Shown here: piece after piece, positions 26,701 to 39,598 of the stretch
Numbering within the stretch: position 1 is the stretch's first letter
Layout of the letters: each line of letters starts with the position of its first letter
NCBI GenBank assembly: GCA_051362555.1
Contig: CM120640.1
Coordinates: forward strand, 36,723,967 to 36,787,966
From: Lingula anatina
Lineage: Eukaryota > Animalia > Brachiopoda
DNA length: 64,000 bases
Direction of reading: 5' to 3'
Translations under genes and position numbers: made by a program
Notes under the pieces: model-generated
Told to the model about the DNA's origin: nothing
Databases searched by the model: none
Seen by the model: the letters and a program-made list of their open reading frames with translations, nothing else

Positions 26701-29700
26701 ATAAGTGGAAAACTGTTTTTTCTTTTTGTTTGAAACTTACAGAACTGATGAATATTCATAATACGCAGGTCGAGTTCGAAAATCAGCATGATCGGGTCAC
26801 TTATAGGGAATTTATGCTGTTTTTTCACTTTTTTCAGCATATATGCAGCACCGATAACACGATAAGTGGAAAACCATTTTACCTTTTGGCTTGAAACTTA
26901 CAGAACTGATGAAAATACTTAATACGCAGGTCAAGTTCGAAAATCAGCGTGATTGGGTGATTTTTAGTGAATTTAGGCTATTTTTTCTCTTTTTTCAGCA
27001 TATATGCAGCACCGATAACACGATAAGTGGAAAACCATTTTACCTTTTGGCTTGAAACTTACAGAACTGATAAATATTCATAATACGCAGGTCAAGTTCG
27101 AAAATCAGCACGATCGGGTCACTTATACGGAATTTATGCTGTTTTTTCACTTTTTTCAGTATATATGCAACACTGATAACACAATATAAGAAAAACAGAT
27201 TGGCCAATTGTCATTATACTCACAGGAGGGGCCAATCTTACTAAAATGCAGGTTGAGTTTGAAAATCAGCGTAATCAGTCCATTATTTTAGAAGTTATGC
27301 TGTTTTTTCACATTTCCTCACATTCAATTCTTAGGCATGTTAACAGTCTCATTATTGAACTAATAAGATACGTAAAAGTGTTTGTTTGACATTTCCTGCA
27401 TCTTTACAACATTGTTAGTTGATTTTGTAAAAATGATGGTAAACTTGTTATCATGTATTGTGTAATAAAGTGTCAGAAATGGAAATTAACTCATATCATT
27501 GCAGTTTGTCAGATGCATTCATCCACTATGTTCAGAATCTCAGAATGAAGGAAGTTGGACATTTAACACTGTTCTATTGATACTTTTCCCATCTCATCAA
27601 TTTTCTTCATTGGTCATATAAAAATGGCAGTAAACTGTTTATTTTGTTTTATGTTAAAAAAGTGTTAGAACTGGAAATAAACCCATTTCAGAACAGTGCT
27701 GTCTTGTTTACATTTTGGCATTTTCAATATGTGACTTTGAAGTTCCATGGGCCTGAAGACTTTTGCTAGTTACATTTTCTGAATAACCATGATACTAATA
27801 TTTTATAATTAAAAATTGATGGTCATTATGCTGTAAAACATTATGTAATATTGCATCAAAATTTGAAGAAACCCCTATTTTGGGCACTGCTCCCATGATG
27901 ACCATTTAATGAAAATGATGTCACTTACTGTTCTCAAACTTACAGGAAAGAAACATGGGACTAAAATACAGCTTCAGTAGGCAATGCAGTCTGTTTGGTA
28001 AATTTTTCTGGCAATTAAACAGTTTTTTGTGAAAATTTAATTTTTCACATATTGGCATTTCCAAGGTGTGACTTAGAACCTCCACGGGCTTGAAGACCCA
28101 TGCTAGTCACATTTTGTGAAAATCCATGACACTTATATTTTATTATTAAAAATCAATGGTCAGTATGCTGTTAAGCATTATGTAATGTTGCATCAAAATA
28201 GAAGAAAACACAATTTTTGGTGCTACTGCCTTGATGACCATTATGGGAAAACCATGTTTCTTATGACTGTCAAACTTTCAAAAAAGAAACACAGGACTAA
28301 AATGCAGCCTGAGTTAGAAAAGCAGTCTAATTGGCTTCTTTTTCTGGAAGTTATACATTTTAGTGTAATATTCATTATCTTTTTGGCATATTCATTGTGG
28401 GACTCGGAGCTCCCATGGACATGAAGCTAAATGGTAATCATATTTTCTACATGTCCATCCTATTTATAGTCAATAATCAAAAATTGGTGATAATTATTCT
28501 CTAATTTATTATGTAATGTTACATCAAAATTGACAACAATCTTTTTGCACTGCTACTGCAAACATTATGAAAAGAAAACTGTGCTACTTATTATAATTTT
28601 AAACTTACAAGTACGATTTTTAGGATTGGCCTTCAGCTCATGAGAAAACCAGCTCTATTGGATTATCATGTTTATTGTATTTATGCATTTTTTGTGAAAT
28701 TTTCATTTTTCTCATTCTGGCACTTTCTAAGTATAAACTTGAACTCTGATGGGCCTGGAGCCTTATGCTTTTACTTTCGTCTGTGTTACCTGTTGTGCAT
28801 AAGTTGATGTTGACTGTGCAGTTAAACATAATGTATTATTGCATCAGGATTGGTAGTCTCCTTTTTTGGGCATTATGGTTTTGTGCTTTTCTTAAGGTGT
28901 GACTTATGGGCCTGAAGACCTTTGAGTGGGTCAGTCTGTAAATTACCCTTGGGTATCACTAGATAAATTAATGAGTTATAAAGTCATTTGCTTTAATAGG
29001 CCATTAAATGAGATTACGTAAAGCACACTTGTTGATATTTCCCTGTAAACTCCCAAAGGTAAAGCTCTCTGCTAGATTAATAATAAGGAAGCAGTGATAA
29101 TTATGCAGGCAAATTTTGTTTAATATTGCAAATAAGTTTTATATATATATATATATATCAAACTGGAAGATTAAAAGTTTGAATAGCATCTTCATTGGAA
29201 TTATATTTACCTCAAGCTCTGCCAAGGGGGTTATATTTTCACCCCTGTTTGTCTGTCATCCACATAACACAAAAAGTTATGGACCAATTTTGCAGAAATT
29301 TTCAGGAACTGTCGGAAGTGGACCAAAGAGGACAATGATTAATTTTTGGTGGTGGTCCGGATCAATAATCAATCAATTATCAATAATAATGACAATTGCT
29401 GCCTTGGCAGAGGTCTGCACTCTCAAAGTGCTTTTCTAGTTTTGTTGTTTTCCTTTATAATTTTTTCTCAAACACTTGCATTTGTGACTTTTAACCCTCA
29501 TCTGCCTGGGGCTCTGCACATTTTCTGTATTTCTACATAAGCAGTTGTATTGTTTTTTATGTCTTTAAACATTATGTAATATTATTTTATGCACTGTCAT
29601 CATTTTTCAAATATTGAGACTTTCATAATGTGAATTTGAACTCTCATGGTCCTGAAACTGTAATCTTATTGAAGGGGTGGATTGAGACCATCTTCTGGGT

Positions 29701-32700
29701 CTTCCAGAAGACAGTCAGGTTATTAAGTTTATATTGACTGGTATCTATTTTTTTCTGTTGGAAGACCATCAAAATGGAGGATGGATCAACATAGATACTT
29801 TGTAATACTGTCAGAAAATATCTCTGGGTCTGCTCCTGTTATTGACCATGTTACCTGTTGTGCAAGATTAAAATTCAGTGTTGACTGACAGTGCTATTAT
29901 AGGCATTATTTATTATTGCATCAAAATTGACAAAATGACCTTTTTTGCATCTTTATTTTCTGTTTTTTGTCTGTACATTTGACAGCTTTGCTGCCTTGTT
30001 TTCCATATCAGGACGTCATGTTTGTGAATGCCAAGCAGCCAAGCACAAGTTGATTAACAACTGTGTCCACTGTGGGCGAGTAGTATGTGACCAGGAAGGG
30101 TCAGGCCCTTGTCTGTTTTGTGGACACCTGGTAAGGAACTTCATCATCTGTTAAAGTTGTAATTAGGATCCCTCAAAAGCTTAATGTCATCAAGTTTCTT
30201 TATGTCGAACATTTTATTTGTTTGTCACTTATTGCTGGAAGTCTTATTCAGTGCAGGGCAATAGTATGAGAAAAATTTGCACCTCATTTTCCTGCTGTAG
30301 TTTTCACTTCATTTGAGTATCCAATTCACAGACACTTGAGATTCCTGTTACTGAAACCAGACAGTTTTTTCAATTGTTACTCTAGTTATGGTATTTATCT
30401 GAATTTTAGGTCTGTACAAAGGAAGAGGAAGAGATTTTGTCCAGAGGTTCCAAAAAAAGTGAAAAACTACGCCAGTTTTTGCTTAGAGACCAAAGTGATG
30501 CCAGTGATGGGAGCAAAGAGATTTTTCGCCTCACTCAACCTAATGCTAAGTCAAAATTTGATGCTGCTTTGCAACACAAAGCTAAACTGCTAGAATATGA
30601 TAGAACAAGGTAAACAGATATAGGGACATTTTTTTATTCTCTTTACAAAAAGAGCAATCATATATTGTTAAAACTGTAAACTTAGATAAAGAATTTGTGG
30701 TTAGTTATTTTGTACATTTTTATATCACCAGTGTGCAGCTGTAGAGTCTTTAGATTTGCTCTGAAAAAACGATGTAAAAGTTTTCCTTTTTGCCATGGCC
30801 ATTTTAATTGTCATTATGACAAAGTAGTACTGGAATAGTCTTCATCATATTATGTATTAATTTTTTTCAGTGCAAAAAGGACACAGGTTATTGATGACCA
30901 ATCGGACTATTATTCAGTAGATACCCAGTGGCTGTCAAAAGACGAAAAAAAGAAATTGGCAAAAAGAGAAGAGGAAATAAGACAGTTGAGACATGGGTCT
31001 AGGCTGGACAGGAAGATCACCTTTGATTTTGCTGGCAGGAGAGTTTTAGATGCGGAAATGGACAACACAGTCACGGGGAGGGAAGATGCTGTGGTTCAGG
31101 AAATTTATTATGGTGCTAAGCCTAAGCAACCTCTCCATAAGCAGCCGCTTAATCAGTCTAGTCTCATTAATCCTCACATTGGACAGGTAGCGCCAAAGGT
31201 AAGCAGCGTACTGCAGGTGTGGTAGCGCTTGTATGTTCATGCTGTTACGATATCTGGTGCACAGATATACTTTATAATAAAAATACAACATTAAGCAAAG
31301 AACAACGACAAGATTTATGTGGATGTTTACGCTGTATATTTTGAAGAAACAACTGATGAATTTTATGCATGTCCATTGTTGTTAGACCTCAAGGAAATTT
31401 TTTGTTTCCTTTTAAGTGTCATAACTTGTAGTGAAACTTAAACCTCATTTTCTTCTTCTTCTATTCTTTTTACACCATCTGGTGTATAGGGCACCAACAA
31501 AGATTTCCCACTGCTTTCTGTCACGATCTGGGTGTTGAAGATTTCCTAGCTTTTTCCCAGTTGTTTCCTCATTTTGTCCTTAGCTAAAAGTTTTCATGCC
31601 CATTTCTGTCTGTATTCCGAATTAGGTCTGTAGGTTTGACAGCTGCTCCATTGTCTTATTTGAACATTGCCATTTTCTCTATTTCCAGTTCGTAGCAACA
31701 GAAGTGCCAGACAGGGTGCCAGCCTCATCAGATGTAACCAACAAACCTGTGGACAAACGTTCAGCAGTGAGACTCCAGGATCGGGAACTCCAGGAGATGT
31801 CGGATGAGGGAATGTGTCTCAGCATGCACCAGCCCTGGGCCTCTTTACTCATCCAAGGAATAAAAATGTAAGCAGAATTTTTTCTTTCATCATGTCGAGC
31901 TTAGTTGGTTGCAAGTTCCTACAAATTTTTGCAGGAAACCTGTCATTTTAAAAGACAAATTAAGGCCTTGTGCACCATCATTTTAGCAAAAATAAATGAA
32001 TGAATGAATTAATTAATTAACAAGTGAATAAATATTTAAAAATTTAATTTAAAAATGTATAAATAATAATAATGGATCTTTTCATTAATTATGAACCTTT
32101 GCCGATTGTATTGATATACTCTGAATGAAGGGACTGTTGTGTATTTTAACATGCATTCTTTTGAACTACCAAAGTATATATTTGTTTAATTTCTTTGTCA
32201 AAGAGCATTCTAAGTATCGATATGTATTGAGTCATTTGTATACAACTATCAACTTACTTTTTACTGCTGGTGGTACATAATCAGGAGAGGACCTATGTTT
32301 ATTTCGCACTGTTTTAAGTTTTAGCTCGATTAACATTTGATTGATTGTTTCAGGCATGAGGGACGGAGCTGGTATTCCCCCCATAGAGGACGCCTGTGGA
32401 TAGCTGCCACTTCAAAAAGTCCAGAACCAGAAGTTATAGCTACACTAGAACAGGAGTACAGATTACAGTATCAAAGTACGGCGTCAGTTTACAATTTTGA
32501 AATATAAAAAGTTTTCATTTAGAAAATAATTTTGAAAAAGCATCACAAGTTTGATATGGATAAGTGGATTGGAGTTAATTGTATGAAAGTAGTTGACTTG
32601 CACATAGCAATTTCTTTATATATTTGTTATTTTTCATTTTTGGTTTAAACACACATTGAGCTAAATAAGTATCACTTATATCTTTATCCTTTGTTAACAT

Positions 32701-34157
32701 ACACTGCAAAAACTATCAAATTGTTTTAATGCCCTTTTGTCATGTAATCAAATAACAGCTCAAATTTTTCCTGGAACAAAGCAAATTTCTATCCAATTGG
32801 CAAAGCAAGTATACCAGGGAAGAAAATAAGCATTGCCTGTAGTTGACAATATGTGAATGTGTAGATTTCACATATCACTTCTCACAACTCTAGCTTTAAA
32901 TGAACTTGAAAACCAAGATCTCCTAATGCAACTAAGCTGTCTGTGAATGCCAAGTGTTTACAATGAATCCCTAACACATCTGTGCATTAAACTTTTCAGT
33001 TACTCAAACTAAAAGGCTTTTTAAAAAATTATTTCTAATCAGTATCAACTAGTCCAAAGAAAGAATCTATAGATAAAGGGAAAATAATCTGAAACGACCA
33101 TTTTAATTTTCACAAGTATGGTTTTACTAATAACTTAGAAAAAATTTTTATTGAACTTATCCAATTTATTTTTCTTTTTTAGATTGTACTTTAAATTTCC
33201 CTAAAATGTACCCCACTGGCTGTTTGCTAGGCTGTGTTGATGTGCAGGACGTATTACCACAGGACCAATATAGAGAAAAAGTAGGTCCACCTAACACAAA
33301 AACACAGACAGCCACTTAAAGTACTGAGAAAAAACTTCATTTGTTACCTCTAATAATTAGAGCATATTAATGACCATCTATAAATAAACAGTTTTCATAT
33401 TTGGTAACTTGTAAAGGATTAGTACAGAAGTAATAGAACTTGTATTTTTACCACAGTATTACTTGAGCACCTCTTTAATTATAGGGCAGCAAAAATAATC
33501 AAAGAAAATTCACACATTGAAGCATAGATCTTGTATCGGATTGTGTCACAATGAACAACAATTTTACATATTCCACATTTTGATCACCCTGATTTATTAT
33601 TTCAGTTCCCAGACGGAGAATCCTCATCACCGTATGTATTCATTTGTGAGTCTCCACAGGAATTAGTGCTTAAATTTCCAATCAAGGGAAAGCATAAAAT
33701 TTGTAAGAATACGTTTATTTTATTAATTCAGCTTTAAATGTTTAGAGAGAAGGTTGGCACTTTAAGACAGCATAATTTTCCAATGTATTTAGTTGTGTAT
33801 CTATATACTACATTTTAATTTATTTATTTGTTTATTTACTGATTTATTTATTTATGTTTGAGGTTTTTACAATTGCACTAATAGTACAAAGACATTTATA
33901 TTGCGTTATATTATTATTTCAATTTTGTAAATATTACATGATATAACTACAAGCAAGAATGCTTCACAACAAGGTAGATCTGATATACATATCTGTGAAT
34001 ACTCAAATGTTCTGATTGAACTTGGATAAAACCAATTGTTATTAATGTAAAAAGTTTATCAGATTAGGAACACTATATCTTTCCAGATAAATTAGAGGCA
34101 AACATACACCAAGCTGCCAAGAAAGGACTAAAGCAGGTTGCTACCATCACTAAGTAA
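23725..34157 (+). CDS. TRIP4: Activating signal cointegrator 1 (ASC-1/TRIP4), 555 aa, 12 exons
   Basis: Exons 23725-23804 (MSAPIVHWICRELSQLLGFEATEDIA), 24817-24961, 25277-25399, 25845-25950, 30012-30130 (C2HC5 zinc finger CECQAAKHKLINNCVHCGRVVCDQEGSGPCLFCG), 30410-30609, 30871-31198 (RTQVIDDQSDYY...TFDFAGRRV), 31689-31867 (ASCH start CLSMHQPWASLLIQGIK), 32354-32475 (HEGRSWYSPHRGRLWIAA), 33183-33280 (YPTGCLLGCVDV), 33606-33702, 34087-34157 (stop TAA). Total 1668 nt, all phases consistent. Confidence 0.96.
26598..27320 (+). mobile_element. Helentron-associated (HINE/DINE-1-like) element carrying a 161-bp tandem array, in TRIP4 intron 4
   Basis: T-run, then a palindrome with 14-bp arms TATGTACAGACACA-ga-TGTGTCTGTACATA (26598-26627), a (GCCGTC/GTT)-type microsatellite (about 26640-26680), then about 4 units of 161 bp starting at 26689, 26850, 27011 and 27172. 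Confidence 0.75.
27714..28925 (+). repeat. Degenerate tandem repeat of about 335 bp
   Basis: Recurring block tggca...tgtgact...ccatgggcctgaagac...cattatgtaatrttgcatcaaaat at about 27716, 28053, 28383 and 28718, with further fragments to about 29940. Confidence 0.65.
29206..29441 (+). mobile_element. Short Helentron/HINE-type non-autonomous element
   Basis: Subterminal inverted repeat CTCTGCCAAGG (29217-29227) / CCTTGGCAGAG (29402-29412), short tgtttgtctgtc microsatellite, 3' hairpin GCACT-ctcaa-AGTGC and CTAGTT end. Confidence 0.75.
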
Positions 34158-36830
34158 GGCTGAGGAATAATGTGACAGATGGGATCTGAAGGTGAACTTG
34201 GCAGTGTTTTCAGGCTTTGGCTTTCACTACCAGTCATTACAGTAGTTTTTTTTATATCAGTCATTGGTCAAGTTAACACAACAACTTTGACATTCCTATA
34301 GAAAACAACCATCAATGCAAGTGTGATTTTAAATGATGGGTATAACAGTGAGTTTAAAACTTAAACAAAGAAATGATCTTGTTTCATGTCATGCGATTTG
34401 ATGCCAAATGTATCTGCTGATTTTCTTGTAACTTGGAGAAAAAAGTTCTTTCTTGTCACCTGTTTAAGGTTGATATATGTCCACCCTCTACACTGAATAT
34501 ATGCAATCATTTTGAATGGCATTGATATTCGTAAGTGATCTTTAATTTCAGATTTTACTTTGCTTTTAGTATTATTGCAAAATTCTATGACTTTGTAAAG
34601 TCTTGCTAACAAGAATAGTTCTCAAAAAAAGAAGAGGTTCCTCAGGTTCCTGTTAGGGATGCTGTAAATGATTTCTATTTATGTGAGTTATGGAAGTAAA
34701 ACAGTTGAGAGAAAAAGGATACTGGCATAACAAAAGCGATACTGATGTGATGGACTCCTAAAAGGAGGGTCATACTGTATTCATTGTTTGGGTTTGGCCA
34801 TCTCATTTCATTTATGAAAATGGGATTTTATTTATAATAATAAAAACGGTCATTAGTAACAGTGTTGTCATGTTGTATACCCTATATTTAACTTGAAACG
34901 AGGAACCAATATACTGATGTTATATATATTGCATCCCAGATAAAATGTTTACAATACCATGAGAACAATGAAGATTATCCAGCTTAACATTCATCCCACT
35001 TTAATGGATAGGGCCTCGTAATGTGAAATAATAAAATGTTTTAAATTAAAATTTACCTTTGAATAACAGGTAATAGACAAAAAATTTCAAGGGTTTCCTT
35101 TTTATGTGCCCTGTTTTACAGTATAGTACGACTCGGTGGAGTAATTGGGAAGGGTTTGTATAGGGTATCACTCTGATTGTTGTTGGTTATTCAGGTATTA
35201 CTGAGATTAAATAAGCAATCATTAATGGTTGTCTCTGAAAGGTGGCAGATGGTGGAAGCAGCACTAGATGCATGCTATCTGCCAACTAATTGTTCATTTT
35301 TCTCATTAATGTAAGTGGTGCCTGTACCAGGAGAATCCTTATAAATTTCCTTAATTGGTGATATATTGATGTTCAAGAAAAATCGGACTGATTATCTGGC
35401 TGGTAGAAGATGGCATTGGTTTGATACATTGTGACAGTACTATGAGTTGTTAATTATCTTTAATCAAAAAAGACTCTTTGTGGGTTTCAAAACTGTCAGT
35501 GATATATCAGTTTTGAACAGAATCACTTTTCATGGAATTCTTTTGTCTGAGCCTATTATCAAAAAAAAAAAAAAAAGGTAAAAGTGCATATTAAAATAAG
35601 TTCAGTTACTTCATTGGCCCTTTGATCACTTTTTTTTTATTCAAACTCTGTCAGACTTCCCCTGTCCCCCTCCCCGCTCGGGGATCCTGGTAATGTTTTT
35701 AAAAGTAGTTGGTCCTGTTTTTTGGAACTTATGAACTAGCCTTTCTCTTTGATGAACGCCCTTACATACTGAAGTATTTCCTGTCCCTGTAAACAAGGCA
35801 AACTCCCATTAAAAAGATGAAATAGATAAAAATGTTTCAGGGACATCTTTTACTCTTTCAAAATGCTTTATCAGATTAACTTCATTCTAGCCACACTCAT
35901 CCCATTAATGGTATTCTGTGTTATAGGGCTATAAAAAGTATAAATGAAATGCACTTTGTTCCCTTTGGCTAGTTCTGTTAGTTGTGGAAGAGGACACGTT
36001 TTCAGAGGTGTTTCACGCTGCACGAAAATTAAACCATTAGAAACCTCGTCACAATAAATGTGTTTCTTTGTCCTTCTGCTGAAATGAGCATTGTTTGAAT
36101 AGATTATTTTTAAAAGTTAAATGAAGAAAACGGCCCTAGGTTATCCGGTTGTTGTAGTAACATCACCACGCAAAAAGAAAATGTTTACAAGAAACAAAGG
36201 ACGTGGAACACACCCAGAACGTATCAAGAATAAATAAAAACCCAATGAAAATTAACGTGAATTGTTTCTTTTTTCAACACCAAAAGTGTTTGTAACTAAC
36301 TTACATTTTGGATCTACAAGATACAATAAGTTTCTTGTCGTATGCAGTTCATTTCGACCAATTTAGTCCACTCATATTTAACAAAGTATTTGGCATTTAA
36401 GGGTTGTTCGTGGCCTTGATCTTATCATAGGACTCCATGTAACTGCGTATATCGTATATCTTTATTTATGACATTGAACACGATTTGTCACTGAGATCAT
36501 TCAACCTTCCCTAGGTTACCAATTCAAGGTCACAGGAACATTTTATTGGATGCTTTAAAAATTATGCTCTCGTGATCTTCTTCAGTATTTTTACAACACT
36601 GGCCACCACCTTAGTGTTGCCTCTTTGCTAGTCGTATCAATTTTAATCTTAAAAGTTATGTGTGATGTTAGTTGTAAAAATATGCTCTATAAAATACGAT
36701 GTTTTGAACATTGTTTTTAAACTTGCGAGAATCGAACACCTGTCTAGATAATCCGACCTTCCTTCCAAATTACGTCGCATTGGCATAATGATAAAAATTT
36801 GGATGTCGTGATGGAAAGATTATTCTACCT

Positions 36831-36838
36831 TATAAATA
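36831..36838 (+). promoter_or_regulatory. TATA box of the Cys-rich peptide gene
   Basis: TATAAATA about 100 nt upstream of the ATG at 36933. Confidence 0.65.
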
Positions 36839-36932
36839 CCAAGAGCTACAGCATTCTGCAGAGTTCTACAATTCAACATTTAGACTCTGTACAACTGAGC
36901 TTTTTTGGCAGCTTCTTCAAATTTTCAAAACG

Positions 36933-37705
36933 ATGAAGTGTGTGGTGTTTCTGATGGTCGTCATATCTGTGGTGACAATCTCTGGTAAGTAGCTTTTTAT
37001 TAATATTTTATTCTTACTATGAGTGTCATGAATTTTGTGACAGCAGGTTTGACTGTATTCTTTTGGAAGTTTTGTTTGTATTTTCTGTCTTATTGCTTTT
37101 TTTTTTTTTTTTAATGAACCTACCCAGCACGCCCTATGCCGCGCGGAGACATTTAAGAAAGCCCCAATATACAATTCATATATCGATGGAAGCAATTATT
37201 AAATTGATATTCACGATCGAGAAATAAAATCGCAGCTCCATTGATGCACGCCTTTTAAGATTGATATCGTCGGTTTGAATAGAAACTATTTCGAATATAC
37301 TATAATTGTTTGTAGAATTGTAACATTTATCAAGTTTTGCACATGGAACTTGTATTTTTTTTCAATTATTTAACGACTGTTTTGCATCGTGAAATCAAAC
37401 AGTACAACAAATTTATGTTCAAAAATCCCTTTCCACGGTATTTTATTTCATATCCATTATTTTCAGTCGCTGATAATTGCCACTACAGGTGTAGAAATGG
37501 CCTCACTGACACGGGTAATAAGTTCCTCACCGGTGCCGAAGTTTGGTTTGTGTGCAGGTGTTCTAACAAATGTGCAGACGCGGGAAAATACTACGGTACT
37601 TCAGTCGGGACACTGAACTATCAATGCGACAAGTTGTGTCGGGAAAAGAATGACGGCCAGACCAGTGGCGTGTGTAAATCGGACGGTTATTGTCATTGCG
37701 TTTAA
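36933..37705 (+). CDS. Secreted cysteine-rich defensin-like (CS-alpha-beta) peptide, 96 aa, 2 coding exons
   Basis: Exon 36933-36984 encodes hydrophobic signal peptide MKCVVFLMVVISVVTIS with perfect donor G|GTAAGT (phase 1); acceptor tttcag ends 37466; exon 37467-37705 gives VADNCHYRC...CRCSNKC...CDKLC...GVCKSDGYCHCV*. Probable 3' UTR intron 37715-37967 and AATAAA at 38018-38023. Confidence 0.88.
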
Positions 37706-39177
37706 TGCATGTAGGTAGGCCTACGAACTTGATTTGGTTTTTGTAGTGCTTGATGGTAAAATATACAACATCATTACAGGGCTTTCAGTCGCAAAGTTTA
37801 TGTGGCTAGATGAAGAATTTGTGAGTTTTATTAGACAAAATAATTCTCTGTCAAAGTGCGTATTCCGCTGTCAGGTGTATCTAACTTTGAATATCACTTC
37901 AATGTATGTGTATGCTTGCTTCATTGTGGCCTTCGAATATCATCATAAATTCCCTTAAATATTGCAGAAATTCTGGTGCCAAGAACGATGGTCTTCGAAG
38001 ACAGTCAACAAGGGAAAAATAAAGACTACCTCGTTTGAAGAAGTTGGGTCTTTAGTGTGACTGATGATGATGATGATGATGATTTCATATAATTTTTATA
38101 ATTATAGGTGAATGTTATGGAGATTTATATTGAATTCATAATTATTACTAGTGCTTAAGATTTTTATTTTATTATTTTTTTTTCTGAAAGAAACCTTTTG
38201 CCGATTCATGATGTATAGGCCTAGATCTACTTATTTATCGATCGATTTTGAAATAGATATTAGTACTCACCGATTTGAAGAAGTTTCTTTGTCCTCTTTT
38301 TGAAATATCCATTAAAAATCTAAATATTCTGAGTTGAGTTGGATGAAGCTTATCCGGTGGTTATAGCAACATATCTACTAAAAACCGCATTTATGATGTA
38401 GATGAATTGTTACGTTGCTGACGTTGCGCTTTGCAAGACGGTCCAAACGGGGACAATGGTCTTTGCTGATATTGCATTAATTTGCTTAAACAAAAATTGT
38501 ATGCACAATCATAGAATTTTTGGATGACAGTATTTTTCTGATGAATTTCTTTACACCGAGGAGAACACAAGCATGCATTAATTAGAAATTGCATTCATCG
38601 ACTCAAACCATGGAAGTTTATCTAAATAAACTTCCATGGTCACAGATCAGCTGAACTTCGGACAATGCCTCGTCTTCAACCGAGACACCAAGAATAGTAT
38701 CCAGAAAGATGAGTGCTTATAGGCCCACAAGAGACAGGCAGATATGAGCCCCCACTTCTCGCGGTCTTCATAAATTTCAACAAAAACACAAATCTTTGGC
38801 CACTTAAACTTCAATAATCCATACAATGTCTACTTTTGCTACATAATGAAAACATAGGTCTATCGTTTTCAGGATACTATTCCTCTATTAGCATATTTTT
38901 CTTGATTAAATTTGATCGATTCGTAGACCTGTTATAGGCTAGATTAGGCTACAATTTATTTTAAAAGAGAGAGGGGGATTGAATTGATTTTTCTCCTCTG
39001 CATTCGTTAAGCATGTTTTTTAATCGGATGCAATTTCACATTGTCGAAATAATAATAATAATAATAATATTTAAAAACAACAACAACAACAACAACAACA
39101 TTTTGCCCTAGATCTAGATTCATTTAAAAACGAATCGTAGATTAGTGAAATTTTATCCACAACGTTACTTTCAAATG

Positions 39178-39598
39178 TGACGTCTTGATACGTTACGTAA
39201 CTTACGTTGCATTCACGACGTTTGGCATTTATGTCATTGGCTAGTTGCCAAATACTGACGTCAGTTGGTGACGTTACTTGGCATATTGCCAAAATTTTTG
39301 TTTTGGCAACAGACCTAAGCACGTCATTTTTCAATAATTTTGAAACTCGACGGAACACGAAATTAACCTATCTATTGATGGTCAGAAAAGCTATTTTCAT
39401 TTCATCAAATTATTTCTATTGTCTTACCTATTTTTCCTTTGATGAACATATACAAAACTGAAAGTAAATCCCAACACTATTTTGTTTTTCGGATATCGTC
39501 AAGGTAACTGACAGATCATTACGCCATAGTATATAAAGCGAGCGCGCTCCACGAGCGTCAGTTGACAACGAGCTTGCACAGTGAACAGACTTACGTCA
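39178..39598 (+). promoter_or_regulatory. TATA/Inr promoter with CRE, PAR-bZIP and NFI motif cluster
   Basis: TATATAAAG 39530-39538; Inr TCAGTT with A at 39560, 30 nt downstream; TGACGTCA 39256-39263; TTGGC-N5-GCCAA at 39237-39251 and 39278-39292; GTTACGTAAC 39192-39201; CRE variants at 39178, 39269 and 39591. Confidence 0.8.

Noticed and set aside
26689-27320. Regularly spaced repeats considered as a CRISPR-like array
   Set aside because: The whole 161-bp unit repeats with no unique spacers; eukaryotic intron; explained as a HINE-borne tandem repeat.
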